A stretch of DNA of 57,366 nucleotides, taken from the NCBI GenBank assembly GCA_963711835.1, contig CAVQFQ010000014.1, positions 1-57,366 of the forward strand, in the 5' to 3' direction. This document shows, piece after piece, positions 20,275 through 30,128 of the stretch (the stretch's first letter is position 1; every line of letters begins with the position of its first letter). The stretch comes from an uncultured delta proteobacterium. GTDB taxonomy: Bacteria; Desulfobacterota; RBG-13-43-22. The notes under the pieces are model-generated. The model saw nothing but the letters and a program-made list of their open reading frames with translations. It made no database searches and had not been told where the DNA came from. The translations under genes were made by a program, and so were the position numbers.

Positions 20275-20753
20275 AGAAGAATCCCATTGTCATCAGCACC
20301 GAACCGGAACAGCAGGGCGACTATCCCCTGGCCATTAAAGTGGAGCCCTCGGTTCCCTTTTTAGTCGAACTGGCCAAACTTTTCAGGACCCACCAACAGA
20401 CCGGAAATGCTTTGGAGATCTGTCGTCTGGGATTGACCTATTTCCCTGAAAATTTGGAAATCAGGCTCCTTCTGACCTTAGCCCACCTGGATTCAAAACA
20501 GGATCTGGATGCCTTTTCCGAACTCGAGGCCGTAACCAGAAACCTGAGTCTTCTGGCCCCCTATTTGGAGGAAATCGGAAAGCTGGCTAAAAAAAGCGAA
20601 AAGGAGTCCCTGTCGGAATGGGCTTTCCTTATGGCCGACACGCTCTTGCGCTTTCCAACCGATAGCGAACCCCAGGAAGAATACCAGATCGAATCCAAAG
20701 TGATACCCACCCTGACCGAGTGGGTGAATCAACTAAAAAGAGAAAGAGGCTGA
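20271..20753 (+). CDS. Hypothetical TPR-like protein
   Basis: FLVELA..ALEICRLGL.YFP helix pair; ATGA overlap with the upstream gene. Confidence 0.65.
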   Translation: MKKNPIVISTEPEQQGDYPLAIKVEPSVPFLVELAKLFRTHQQTGNALEICRLGLTYFPENLEIRLLLTLAHLDSKQDLDAFSELEAVTRNLSLLAPYLEEIGKLAKKSEKESLSEWAFLMADTLLRFPTDSEPQEEYQIESKVIPTLTEWVNQLKRERG

Positions 20754-20799
20754 TTTTTTCCGATCATCAGCCTGTCAAAGGAGGTCCGGATAAATTTCT

Positions 20800-21361
20800 A
20801 TGTATTCAACGGCTGAATTTCGCAAAGGGCTTAGAATCGAATTGGAGGGCAAGCCCTATCTCATGGTCGACTTCCAACATGTCAAACCCGGCAAGGGAGG
20901 GGCCTTTGTCAGGACCAAACTAAAAAATATGATCAATGGCCGGGTTGTGGACCAGACCTTTCGCTCCGGTGAGAAAGTCGGACGTCCTGATCTGGAAGAA
21001 AAGGAGATGCAATACCTCTACCGGGATGGGGAGCATTTTGTTTTTATGGATAATGCCACCTATGACCAGGTCTTTCTCACCAAGGAACAGGTAGGGGAAC
21101 AGTCCCAATTTTTACAGGAAAGCATCACCATTAAAATCCTTTATTATAACAAGGAACCGATCGGGTTGGAGCTGCCTACCTTTGTCGAACTGGCCGTCAG
21201 CCGCGGCCGAACCCGGTTTTAAAGGGGATACCGCCAGCGGCGGCAGCAAACCGGCCACCCTGGAAACCGGGGCCGTCATCCAGGTCCCTCTCTTTGTCTC
21301 CGAAGGAGACAAGATTCGGGTCGATACCCGCACCGGCACCTATATCGAACGCGTAAAATGA
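20800..21361 (+). CDS. efp: Elongation factor P (one extra base near 21200)
   Basis: [19 protein letters not shown]; shifted frame continues [34 protein letters not shown]. Confidence 0.96.
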
Positions 21362-22425
21362 CCCTTCCCCGGCAGCCATGGAAAGGTCTGGCCCCTTTTT
21401 CGGCCACCGGGATCGGGAGCCTGCCTTTCCTTTCTCCCGAGCAGGCCTGTCAGGAGATCCTTTCCCGGCATGAACTCATTCCCTTCTGGCCTCAATTAGT
21501 CCGCTTGAATCCCCGGGAAGAGATGCTGATCCAATACAGCCCTCCCCTGCCCTGTCTGGAACCTGACCTAAAAAATAAAGGCCTGGTTTACGATCCCTCC
21601 TGCGACCGATCCCAGGCCCTGCTTCTCTTTTATGAAAAATTATTAGCCCCTGACGATTCCTTTTTTGCCTTGCGCCCGGATTTTGCCGCCGGTTTTTATA
21701 CGCTAATGAAACAACTCCCTGCCCTGAGTTCGCCACCGACCCATGTCAAGGGACAAATCGTGGGACCGGTCACCTTGGGCCTGGGGGTCCAACTGGAGGG
21801 CCAGCGCTTCCTGATCCACGACGCTGAGCTCATGGATGCCGTCATCAAGGGCCTGGCTGCCCAGGCCGGATATCAAATGCAACGGATAACTACCCTGGGG
21901 ATGAAAGCCGTTCTCTTTCTCGATGAACCTTCCCTCTCCGGATATGGTTCGGCCTTTACGCCCCTTTCCAGGGACGAGGTTTTATCCATCCTGGATCAAA
22001 CCATTTCCTTGATACGAGAGTATGGAGAGGTCCTGATCGGTCTCCACTGCTGCGGCAATACCGATTGGTCTTTGCTCCTTTCCCTGGATGTGGATATCCT
22101 CAATCTGGATGCCTATGGATTCGGGGAGTCCTTTTTACTTTATCCTAAAGAGATAGACCGTTTCCTCCGGAAGGATAAGGCCGTCGCCTGGGGTATCGTG
22201 CCTACCTCCGACACCGGCGGTCACGAATCCGCCCTTTCTCTGCTGGACCGGCTTTCGCACTATTTTGATGGTTTGATTCAAAAAGGGGTGGACCGGGACC
22301 TGTTGATCCGGCAGGCCTTAGTGACCCCGGCCTGCGGTATGGGCCTCCTGACCGAAGAAACCTCCAAGACTCTGTTGTCGTTGCTTTCCGAGGTCAGTCT
22401 GGGAGCCCGGGAAAAATTTCTTTAA
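21358..22425 (+). CDS. Core (single-barrel) MetE-like methionine synthase
   Basis: [28 protein letters not shown], Zn ligands HCC and TPACG; 355 aa, no folate-binding N-terminal half. Confidence 0.8.
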   Translation: MTLPRQPWKGLAPFSATGIGSLPFLSPEQACQEILSRHELIPFWPQLVRLNPREEMLIQYSPPLPCLEPDLKNKGLVYDPSCDRSQALLLFYEKLLAPDDSFFALRPDFAAGFYTLMKQLPALSSPPTHVKGQIVGPVTLGLGVQLEGQRFLIHDAELMDAVIKGLAAQAGYQMQRITTLGMKAVLFLDEPSLSGYGSAFTPLSRDEVLSILDQTISLIREYGEVLIGLHCCGNTDWSLLLSLDVDILNLDAYGFGESFLLYPKEIDRFLRKDKAVAWGIVPTSDTGGHESALSLLDRLSHYFDGLIQKGVDRDLLIRQALVTPACGMGLLTEETSKTLLSLLSEVSLGAREKFL

Positions 22426-22438
22426 GAGGAGGTAAGCT

Positions 22439-22675
22439 ATGAAATATGGGATCCTGGTTTCCCTGGGGGTCTTTGTCCTGGCCACAACCCTGCAGATTCG
22501 CCTCTCACACGACAACAAAAGGGGTTACTCCTATCAGATCACCGGCCCTGAAATGGAAGAGGTCATCGAAGCCGACAAAAAAATGCGCACTTATTTGAGA
22601 AGCCAGGCCCCTAAAAAACCGGCCCCTCCAGCCCCTTCCCCAGCAGCGCCCAAGCCGGCACCGGCCCACAAATAG
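22439..22675 (+). CDS. Small exported/membrane hypothetical protein with Pro-Ala tail
   Basis: Strong RBS GAGGAGG, hydrophobic N-terminus. Confidence 0.65.
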   Translation: MKYGILVSLGVFVLATTLQIRLSHDNKRGYSYQITGPEMEEVIEADKKMRTYLRSQAPKKPAPPAPSPAAPKPAPAHK

Positions 22676-22824
22676 TTTCTTAGTATCGTTCAAAAATTAG
22701 GGCACTGGCGCATGATGGCCTGACTGGGGACCGGGAGTCTCGATTTCAAGGTTTGTCCAAAGGGTGATCCTTCCCGCCAATCCGGCCCAGATTTCTAAGG
22801 TTGTTTAGAGCCGGCCTTCAGGTT

Positions 22825-25800
22825 TCAGTTCAGCAGGATGCCCAGACGGTCCAGAAGGGGCTGGACCGCCCCCAATTCCCGGATTTCCCCCGGTCCGGAA
22901 ATGGATAATTTTCCTTCTCCGATAAAACGATGGGTTTTGGGGTTCTTCTGAATCAGGGCCACCAGTTTAATTGGGTCCCAGGCCCCTTTGGGATAAAAAG
23001 AAAGAACGACCTCTTTCCCCAGGACCTCCAGCTTCTCAAGGCCCAGGCGTTTCATCTTTTGTTTGGTGAACAGGACCGCCAACAGGTTTTTCAATTCCGG
23101 AGGCATCTTTCCAAAGCGGTCGCTCAACTCGCCTTCCATGGACTCCAATTCCTCCGCGGACTTTAACGAGGCCAAACGTTTATAGATCGACAGCCGATGG
23201 CCGGGATCTGCAACATAGCCCTCGGGGATATAGGCCGGCGCCTGAATCCGGATCTCCGGTTCCCAGTCCTCGATAGGCGCTTCTCCTTGGAACTCCTGAA
23301 TGGCCTCCTCCAGCATCTGAAGATACATTTCATAGCCCACGGCGGCGATATGACCGGATTGACTGGTGCCCAGCAGATTTCCGGAACCCCGGATTTGAAG
23401 ATCATGAAGGGCGATCTTGAAGCCGGAGCCCAATTCGCTGTAATCCATCAGGACTTTTAAACGTTTCTGGGCATCACGGGTCAGGCTGCTTTCCCCGGAG
23501 ATCATGAGGTAGGCATAGGCCCGTTCCCGGGAACGCCCCACCCGGCCCCGCAACTGATACATCTGGGCCAGGCCGAAACGGTCGGCCTGGTTGATAATGA
23601 TGGTATTGGCGGTGGGGATATCCAGGCCCGACTCGATAATCGTGGTACAGAGCAAAAGGTCCAGCTCCCGATTGACAAATTGAAGCATGACCTTTTCCAG
23701 CTCCCTTTCCGGCAACTGTCCGTGGGCCACACCGATCCTGATCCCAGGCAGGATTTTTCTCAGGTAATGGGCCATGGCCTGGATATTATGAACCCGATTA
23801 TGGACGAAAAAGACCTGGCCTCCCCGCTGCTGTTCCTTTTGGACGGCCTCTTTGATCTTGTCTTCATCAAATCGGCTGATGATGGTCCGAATGGACTGGC
23901 GATTCTCCGGCGGTGTTTCGATGGTGCTCAGATCCCTGATACTGGTCAAAGAAAGCTGCAAGGTCCTGGGGATCGGGGTGGCGGTCAAGGTCAGACAATC
24001 GACTTGGGTCCGCAGGGTCTTCAGGCGCTCTTTGTGGGTGACCCCGAAACGATGCTCTTCATCAATGACCATCAGGCCCAGATCCCTGAAATGAACATCT
24101 TTCTGGAGCAGACGGTGGGTTCCGATCACAATATCGGCCCGCCCGGCCGCCAGCTCCTCCAGGGTTTTTTTTTGCTCTTTGGGACTTTTAAAGCGGCTCA
24201 GGATGCGCACTTCCACCGGATAGCCTTCAAAACGTTGCCTCATGGTTTGATAATGCTGTTCGGCCAAGACCGTGGTCGGAACCAGGAAGGCCGTTTGCTT
24301 TCCATCCAGCACCGCCCGGAAAGCGGCCCTCAGGGCGACTTCGGTCTTGCCGTAGCCCACATCGCCGCAGACCAAACGGTCCATGGGTTTTTCGGATTCC
24401 ATATCGCTCAACACTTCTTCAATGGTCCGCAGTTGGTCCGGCGTTTCTTCGTAGGCAAAGGCGGCCTCAAATTCCTTAAACATCTGGTCCCGCTGAGAAA
24501 AGGCAAACCCTTTGGCCAGGGCTCTCCGGGCATACAGGTCCACCAATTCCCGGGCGATCTTTTCCACGGCCTTTTTGACCCGGGCCTTGGCCTTGTTCCA
24601 GGTGGTGCCGCCCAGACGATCCAGGGGAGGAACCTGTCCTTCCAGTCCGACGAATTTATGGATTCCCTGGATGCGATCGACCGGCAGATAGAGCTTATCC
24701 CCCTCGGCATATTCCAGGAAAAGAAATTCCCCTTCCCAGCCGTTGAGACGGAGCAAGCGCAAGCCCTGGTAGCGGCCGATGCCGTGCTCCCGATGGACAA
24801 CCAGTTCCCCGATCTTTAAGTCGTCCAGGGAAGTAATGTAGGCCTCTACATTGTCTCTCCGGGCCTTCTTTCGCGATTCTTTTTTGGGGTTGAAGATCTC
24901 CTCTTCGGTCAGAAAAATCAGGGGGGGATCGGCCAGGCGAAAACCCTGGGAGAGCCGGCCGGTCATGATCTGAAGGGAGGCCCTTTGGCTACCGAAAAGG
25001 TGCCTATGTTCCGGATGGTAAGCGGCCTCGATCCGGTAAAAAGAAAGAATTTCCTGCAGCCTCCGGGCTTGAGGATCTTGAGAAACGACCAGCCAGACCT
25101 CCTGACCCAGATCCTGCCAGCTGGTCAGGAGTTCCCCCAACTGCTTGACGGCATCCTTGGATGAGACCTGGTCATGAAGGAGCCGGCTTATTTCCCGGTT
25201 ATTGGCGGCCGGGACTGTTCGGCGTTCCCCCAGCGGCCAATCCGCGCTCTCCAGGGGAAGATCTTCCAAAGAGACCTGGTCTATCCCCTGGTAGGTTTCA
25301 AAAAAAACCCTGGACTTTTCGGGATCCGGGGTTGGAAAAGCCTGCTGCAGATTCAAAGGATCATTCCAGATCAAAAGTATTTCCGGCGGCAGATAGTCCT
25401 TCAGAGACCCCGGTTGATCATAAAACCAGGCCAGCCATCGTTCCGCCCCTTCAAAGGGATCTCCCTGATCTAAGCGGTGGTTGAGCCAGGCCTTTTCTTT
25501 TTCCTCCAGGCAATCCTCAAGCCCTGCTTGGGCCAGACGCTCCCGGGCCTGACTTATCCGGCCCGGATCCCAGATGATTTCACTGATAGGCAGGAGATAG
25601 AGTTCTTCCAGATCCCGGACCGAGCGCTGGGTGGCGGGATTGAACTCCCGCAGCGATTCCACCAGGTCCCCGAAAAACTCGATTCGGATCGGACGGGCAT
25701 ATAAGGGCGGAAAGAGATCTACAATCCCGCCCCGAAGGCTCAGGTCACCCGGTTCTTCAACCAGAGGTGTCGGGAAATAACCCCAACGGGTCAAGGCCGA

Positions 25801-26313
25801 CAACAGCTTCTCGCGCTCCAGTTCTTCCCCCCGGGCCAGATAGTCCACGTTGCCGGACAGGACCCCTTTGGGTATAACCGGAGCGATCAGGGCCGGCAAG
25901 GAGGTAACCAGGAGGACGGCACCAGGCCTGGTCAGAAGGGCGTAGAGACAGGCAATCCGCTGGGCCGAAACATCGGACTGGGGAACATACTCTCGGAAAT
26001 GGCGCTCTTCATAAGCCGGAAAATAGAGGATTGGATCCGCTCGCAGGAAGGGATTTTCCTCCTCTTCTCGTTGGGCAAAGAAAAGCAGATCGTGATAAAA
26101 GCGTTGGGCCTGTTCCGTGTCCGGGCAAACCACCATTAAGGGCCTTCCGACCTTGGCCCAGGTTTCATAACAAAAATAAGGTCCCGCTGATCCCTGGAGA
26201 CCGCTCAGGCTTAAGGGGAGCTGGCCGGTTCGGATCTCCTGGATCACGTTTTTTAGGGAAAACCCCGGTCGGGAGAGACGGCCGACTTCGTCATTCCAAA
26301 AAGCGTCATTCAT
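22825..26313 (-). CDS. mfd: Transcription-repair coupling factor
   Basis: UvrB-homology region, CarD-like VVHREHGIG, GDVGYGKTEVA, DEEH, QLRGRVGR, TRCF domain. Confidence 0.98.
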   Translation of the reverse strand: MNDAFWNDEVGRLSRPGFSLKNVIQEIRTGQLPLSLSGLQGSAGPYFCYETWAKVGRPLMVVCPDTEQAQRFYHDLLFFAQREEEENPFLRADPILYFPAYEERHFREYVPQSDVSAQRIACLYALLTRPGAVLLVTSLPALIAPVIPKGVLSGNVDYLARGEELEREKLLSALTRWGYFPTPLVEEPGDLSLRGGIVDLFPPLYARPIRIEFFGDLVESLREFNPATQRSVRDLEELYLLPISEIIWDPGRISQARERLAQAGLEDCLEEKEKAWLNHRLDQGDPFEGAERWLAWFYDQPGSLKDYLPPEILLIWNDPLNLQQAFPTPDPEKSRVFFETYQGIDQVSLEDLPLESADWPLGERRTVPAANNREISRLLHDQVSSKDAVKQLGELLTSWQDLGQEVWLVVSQDPQARRLQEILSFYRIEAAYHPEHRHLFGSQRASLQIMTGRLSQGFRLADPPLIFLTEEEIFNPKKESRKKARRDNVEAYITSLDDLKIGELVVHREHGIGRYQGLRLLRLNGWEGEFLFLEYAEGDKLYLPVDRIQGIHKFVGLEGQVPPLDRLGGTTWNKAKARVKKAVEKIARELVDLYARRALAKGFAFSQRDQMFKEFEAAFAYEETPDQLRTIEEVLSDMESEKPMDRLVCGDVGYGKTEVALRAAFRAVLDGKQTAFLVPTTVLAEQHYQTMRQRFEGYPVEVRILSRFKSPKEQKKTLEELAAGRADIVIGTHRLLQKDVHFRDLGLMVIDEEHRFGVTHKERLKTLRTQVDCLTLTATPIPRTLQLSLTSIRDLSTIETPPENRQSIRTIISRFDEDKIKEAVQKEQQRGGQVFFVHNRVHNIQAMAHYLRKILPGIRIGVAHGQLPERELEKVMLQFVNRELDLLLCTTIIESGLDIPTANTIIINQADRFGLAQMYQLRGRVGRSRERAYAYLMISGESSLTRDAQKRLKVLMDYSELGSGFKIALHDLQIRGSGNLLGTSQSGHIAAVGYEMYLQMLEEAIQEFQGEAPIEDWEPEIRIQAPAYIPEGYVADPGHRLSIYKRLASLKSAEELESMEGELSDRFGKMPPELKNLLAVLFTKQKMKRLGLEKLEVLGKEVVLSFYPKGAWDPIKLVALIQKNPKTHRFIGEGKLSISGPGEIRELGAVQPLLDRLGILLN

Positions 26314-26426
26314 GCAATCAGGTCATTCGCCGAAGGCGAGCCCAACTCGCCTTAACCTCGGCGGTTTTTGTTAGATGTTTTTGGTATCTTTTCAAAATAA
26401 TGGTTCAATTTAGCTTGTTATAAAAC

Positions 26427-26584
26427 TTTTGGCACGGATTTCACAGGTGCTTTATTTTTTCCTGCGGAAGGACCGCAGAGGGAAAAATCGTCCAGCCCGC
26501 CGGAGGCCGGAAGGCAAGGGATTGGCAATATGGCCAATCCCTTTCATAACGCAACCGTGTCTATCCGTGAAATCCGTGTCAAGA
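26427..26584. repeat. CACGGAT/ATCCGTG-bounded palindromic repeat element, copy 1
   Basis: TTTTGGCACGGATTTCAC ... CCGTGTCTATCCGTGAAATCCGTGTCAAGA; same ends as 29908-30054 in reverse. Confidence 0.7.
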
Positions 26585-26778
26585 AAAATTAGCCTTGACC
26601 AATTTTCAAGCACCTAAAGTTTTACAAAATAACCAATTTTTAATTGACATGCAAGGTCTGTTTATGAAAATTTACAAAGGTGGTGTTCTATCTCTACCCA
26701 GAGATGAACGCTCGCCAAGGCCTAGGGAAGACGCATTGGCTTTGAGCTTGAAAATTTCAGCCTACACAGGAGGTAACT

Positions 26779-28080
26779 ATGATCCCGCGCTATACCCGTC
26801 CGGTGATGGCCCGCATTTGGAGCCCTGAAAACCGATACCAGAAATGGCTGGAGGTGGAAATCCTGGCTTGCGAGGCCCTCTCTCAATTAGGCCTTATTCC
26901 TCCCAAAGACCTGGCCTTAATTAAAAAAAGGGCCCGCTTCTCCGTAGAAAGGGTCGAGGAATTGGAGCAAATCACCAAGCACGACGTCATCGCCTTCCTG
27001 ACCAACCTGGCCGAACAGGTCGGCCCGGCCAGCCGCCACATCCATCTGGGATTGACTTCCTCCGATGTCTTGGACACCTCCATGGCCGTCTTGTTGAAAG
27101 AGGCCGTTGATATTCTCCTGGAGGACCTGAAGGGCCTGCAGGCGGTCTTGAAAAAGCAGGCCCTGGCCCAGCGGAAAACGGTCATGATCGGCCGCTCCCA
27201 CGGCATCCATGCCGAACCCATTACCTTCGGCCTGAAGCTGGCCCTCTGGTATGACGAAATGGGCCGGAACTACCGGCGCCTCAAACAGTCCCGGGAAACC
27301 ATAGCCGTAGGGAAAATTTCCGGGGCCGTGGGCACCTTTGCCCATATCTCCCCCAAGGTCGAGGCCCATGTCTGCCGGCATCTGGGGCTGAAACCGGCCC
27401 CGGCCTCAAGCCAGATCGTGCAGCGGGACCGCTATGCCGAGTATTTCTGCACCCTGGCGGTCCTGGCCGGCTCCATTGAAAAGATGGCCGTTGAGATCCG
27501 GCACCTGCAGCGCACCGAGGTTCTGGAGGCCGAAGAGTACTTTTCCAAAGGCCAGAAGGGATCCTCGGCCATGCCCCACAAAAGAAACCCCATCGCTTCG
27601 GAAAATCTGACCGGCCTTTCCCGGCTGATCAGGGGCTACGCCCTGGCGGCCCTGGAAAACCAGGCCCTCTGGCATGAACGGGACATCAGCCATTCCTCCG
27701 TCGAACGGGTCATCGGGCCGGACGCTACGACCCTGCTTGATTATATGCTGGCCCGTCTGACCGGCCTTATCAAGAACCTGATCGTCTATCCCGAGCGGAT
27801 GAAAAAAAATCTCCAACTGACCCGGGGCCTGCCCTTTTCCGAAGGCATCCTCCTGGCCCTGACCCGCAAAGGCATTAGCCGGGAAGAGGCCTACCGGGTG
27901 GTCCAGGAAAACGCCATGCAGGTCTGGGCCGGGGATCAAGACTTTCAGGCCCTGCTCCAACAAGACCCCAGGATTCAAAAATGGCTCAGCCCCCGGGAAC
28001 TTTCCAATCTCTTTGACCTGGATCATACCTTAAAAAATGTGGCTACTATCTTCAGGAGGGTTTTTAGAAAGAAGGGATAA
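26779..28080 (+). CDS. purB: Adenylosuccinate lyase
   Basis: MIPRY, TKHDVIAF, GRSHGIHAEP, SSAMPHKRNP. Confidence 0.98.
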   Translation: MIPRYTRPVMARIWSPENRYQKWLEVEILACEALSQLGLIPPKDLALIKKRARFSVERVEELEQITKHDVIAFLTNLAEQVGPASRHIHLGLTSSDVLDTSMAVLLKEAVDILLEDLKGLQAVLKKQALAQRKTVMIGRSHGIHAEPITFGLKLALWYDEMGRNYRRLKQSRETIAVGKISGAVGTFAHISPKVEAHVCRHLGLKPAPASSQIVQRDRYAEYFCTLAVLAGSIEKMAVEIRHLQRTEVLEAEEYFSKGQKGSSAMPHKRNPIASENLTGLSRLIRGYALAALENQALWHERDISHSSVERVIGPDATTLLDYMLARLTGLIKNLIVYPERMKKNLQLTRGLPFSEGILLALTRKGISREEAYRVVQENAMQVWAGDQDFQALLQQDPRIQKWLSPRELSNLFDLDHTLKNVATIFRRVFRKKG

Positions 28081-28128
28081 AGGAAGGACGGACCTGTTCC
28101 CTTTTTTAATCGGGCCCCTTATTTACCC

Positions 28129-28168
28129 TTGACAACATTTTAATGGTCAGTATAATGACCATTAAAAT
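28129..28168 (+). promoter_or_regulatory. Sigma70 promoter with overlapping palindromic TA operator
   Basis: TTGACA (28129) -16 nt- TATAAT (28151); ATTTTAATGGTCA-N6-TGACCATTAAAAT palindrome at 28137-28168. Confidence 0.88.
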
Positions 28169-28183
28169 TAACGGGGGACCGAT

Positions 28184-28453
28184 ATGCAAATCATCCAGGA
28201 CTACATCTCAATCACAAAAGCCAAAAGCGACCTTCTTAACTTAATCCGAAAACTCGAGGACTCCGACGATGCCTACGCCATTACGAAAAACGGGGTTCCG
28301 GAGGCAGTGCTGATCAGCATGAGAAAATTTAAAGGGCTCATCGAAACCATCGACATCCTTTCCGATGAGAAGGCCATGAAATCCCTCCGAAAATCCATCA
28401 GTGAGGCCAACCAGGGGAAATGGGTCGAATTCGATGAGATTTTCGAACAATGA
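28184..28453 (+). CDS. Phd/YefM antitoxin
   Basis: ISITKAK..L..LI, ITKNGVPEAVLIS, LIETIDILSD. Confidence 0.92.
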   Translation: MQIIQDYISITKAKSDLLNLIRKLEDSDDAYAITKNGVPEAVLISMRKFKGLIETIDILSDEKAMKSLRKSISEANQGKWVEFDEIFEQ

Positions 28454-28740
28454 AGGAATACCGGGTTCGTTTCACTCCTGAAGCGGCGCAATGGGTTTCC
28501 CGGCTGCATCCCGATAACAAGAGGATCATTAGAAACGCCTTAGACGAACTTCGGCACGAACCTTATGCAGGCGATGATTTGCAGGATGAACTCGCCGAAT
28601 TCAAATCCTTCAAACCCAAAAGGTTCCGGATCATATACACCGTTGATGACGACAAGAGGGTTGTCCATGTCTTTTATGTCGGCCACCGAAGAGACGTCTA
28701 TGACCAATTCCGGCTACTCCTGACTAAGTTGAAACCCTAA
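28450..28740 (+). CDS. RelE/ParE family toxin
   Basis: YRVRFTPEA, RFRIIYTVD, VFYVGHRRDVY; ATGA overlap with the antitoxin. Confidence 0.92.
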   Translation: MKEYRVRFTPEAAQWVSRLHPDNKRIIRNALDELRHEPYAGDDLQDELAEFKSFKPKRFRIIYTVDDDKRVVHVFYVGHRRDVYDQFRLLLTKLKP

Positions 28741-28962
28741 CCCCTGTTTCCCACTCGAACCCTCAACCCTCAAACCCCCGAACCTTTTTTTACTTAGTAC
28801 AAATTCATCAGGTCCGAGCATTGCACGGCGTTCTTGACCGGATACTTCCTCCTGGGATCGAAAAATGCCTTGCCATCCTTGTCCATGAGCCAGGGATCCC
28901 CAGCCAGCCTGCGGGGAATGAGCAACGTCTCATCCGAAGAATAGCCGAGGATCCGCCTATTC

Positions 28963-29060
28963 CTATTTCAGCGCCTGGTCTATTCTTTCCATGATTTCGG
29001 ACTCAAGTTCCCCCGAACGCCTCTAAGCCGGGCCTGGTAATCGACTGGGCGTGTCTGCAG
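28963..29060 (-). pseudogene. MazF/PemK toxin C-terminal remnant
   Basis: LQTRPVDYQARLRGVRGNLSP/EIMERIDQALK* across one frameshift. Confidence 0.6.
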
Positions 29061-29072
29061 ACAGGGGGTCTA

Positions 29073-29509
29073 TTATCCGGAATTGTGAGGAAAGGTCTCG
29101 AACCCCTCCTTACGGGCCGCCCGGGCCAGCACCTGATCAAAACAAACAAAAAGGATATCCTTCCGGAGACCCTCGCGCACTAAAACAGCCGAAGCCAAAT
29201 GGATGGCGTCAAAACCCCGCAAAGGATATCTTGCAAGAGCCCTATCCAGGTATTCGTCCAGTTCGCCGTTCACCTTGATCCGGATGAAGCTCTTCCAGCC
29301 AGGCGAAAGGCCTCGATTACCCTTCGGGCTACCGCCTCCTTTAAACCCGCCTCTCTTTTCTTGCGATAAAACGACGCCAGGGCTTCGGCATAGGCCACGG
29401 AGGAGATAACGATTTCCGTGGCTGCTTTCCAGCGCAAGACAACCTCGTCGGAAAACGGCTCTCGAAAGTATCTCTTTACTAGGGCGCTCGTATCCAGATA
29501 GAGGATCAT
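29073..29509 (-). CDS. VapC PIN toxin, frameshift near 29300
   Basis: MILYLDTSALVKRY..E joined to YPLRGFDAIHLASA..FVCFD..LARAA. Confidence 0.9.
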
Positions 29510-29782
29510 CGCCGGTCCTCGAGGACCATTTCAGAAACAGGCTTGCCGGGGGCCGAAGGGGTGTAAGATTATCTTTGGCCAGGCTACGGGTGGGCAAGGC
29601 GATAAGCCCCTTCCGGATCAAAGGAGCCAGGGTTTCTTGCAGGGTTCGCCTCCCCCGGTCTTCCTGACGATCCGGGCGAACGGTTTCCCCCGGTCGGTGA
29701 TTAGGATTTCCTCACCGGCTTTTACCTGGGCCAGAAATCGGCTGAGGTTGTTCTTGGCTTCCTTGATGCCTGTCGTGATCAT
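29506..29782 (-). CDS. Phd/YefM antitoxin (frameshifted)
   Basis: MITTGIKEAKNNLSRFLAQVKAGEEILITDRGKPFARI; ends ..VSEMVLEDRR* overlapping the vapC ATG; RBS AAGGAGG. Confidence 0.85.
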
Positions 29783-29794
29783 ACCCTTTCCTCC

Positions 29795-29829
29795 TTAAGG
29801 TAGCTACCTTAATCTCTATAGTAGCTACT
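29795..29829. promoter_or_regulatory. Antitoxin operator pair
   Basis: Perfect 18-bp palindrome TTAAGGTAGCTACCTTAA and a second AGTAGCTACT upstream of the antitoxin. Confidence 0.8.
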
Positions 29830-29907
29830 TCTATTGGGGGTGTCGGATGAAAAGAGGTCAACAGGATCTCCAAAGAGCATTGACGTTAATGGGCAAAGAA
29901 AAATGAA

Positions 29908-30054
29908 TTTTGTCACGGATGGACACGGATGTTTTAGAATCGGAAATTCGATTTCTGAAATACCGGCCTCGACCGAAGGCGGAATGGTTGCAAGGGGACG
30001 GCGGTCAGCCGATCCCTTCGTCTTCATCCGGAAATCCGGAAATCCGTGCCAAAA
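29908..30054. repeat. CACGGAT/ATCCGTG-bounded palindromic repeat element, copy 2
   Basis: TTTTGTCACGGATGGACACGGAT ... ATCCGGAAATCCGTGCCAAAA. Confidence 0.7.
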
Positions 30055-30128
30055 AGATGTTTTTACCATTTGAAACCACCAGGAAAAAGGAGGGCGTGGA
30101 ATTATTGGAAGAAAGGAATGGTGGAGGA

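Noticed and set aside
20800-21361. Programmed frameshift or pseudogene in efp (and in the helicase and DUF1566 genes)
   Set aside because: No slippery site; scattered single-base indels across the window point to assembly error
23680-24819. 379-aa plus-strand ORF and similar long antisense ORFs (6404-6961, 15478-16074, 27406-28026, 50936-51598)
   Set aside because: Shadow frames opposite well-supported genes, with no domain motifs
26680-26750. Purine-responsive leader before purB
   Set aside because: One hairpin only; no purine or ZTP riboswitch consensus seen
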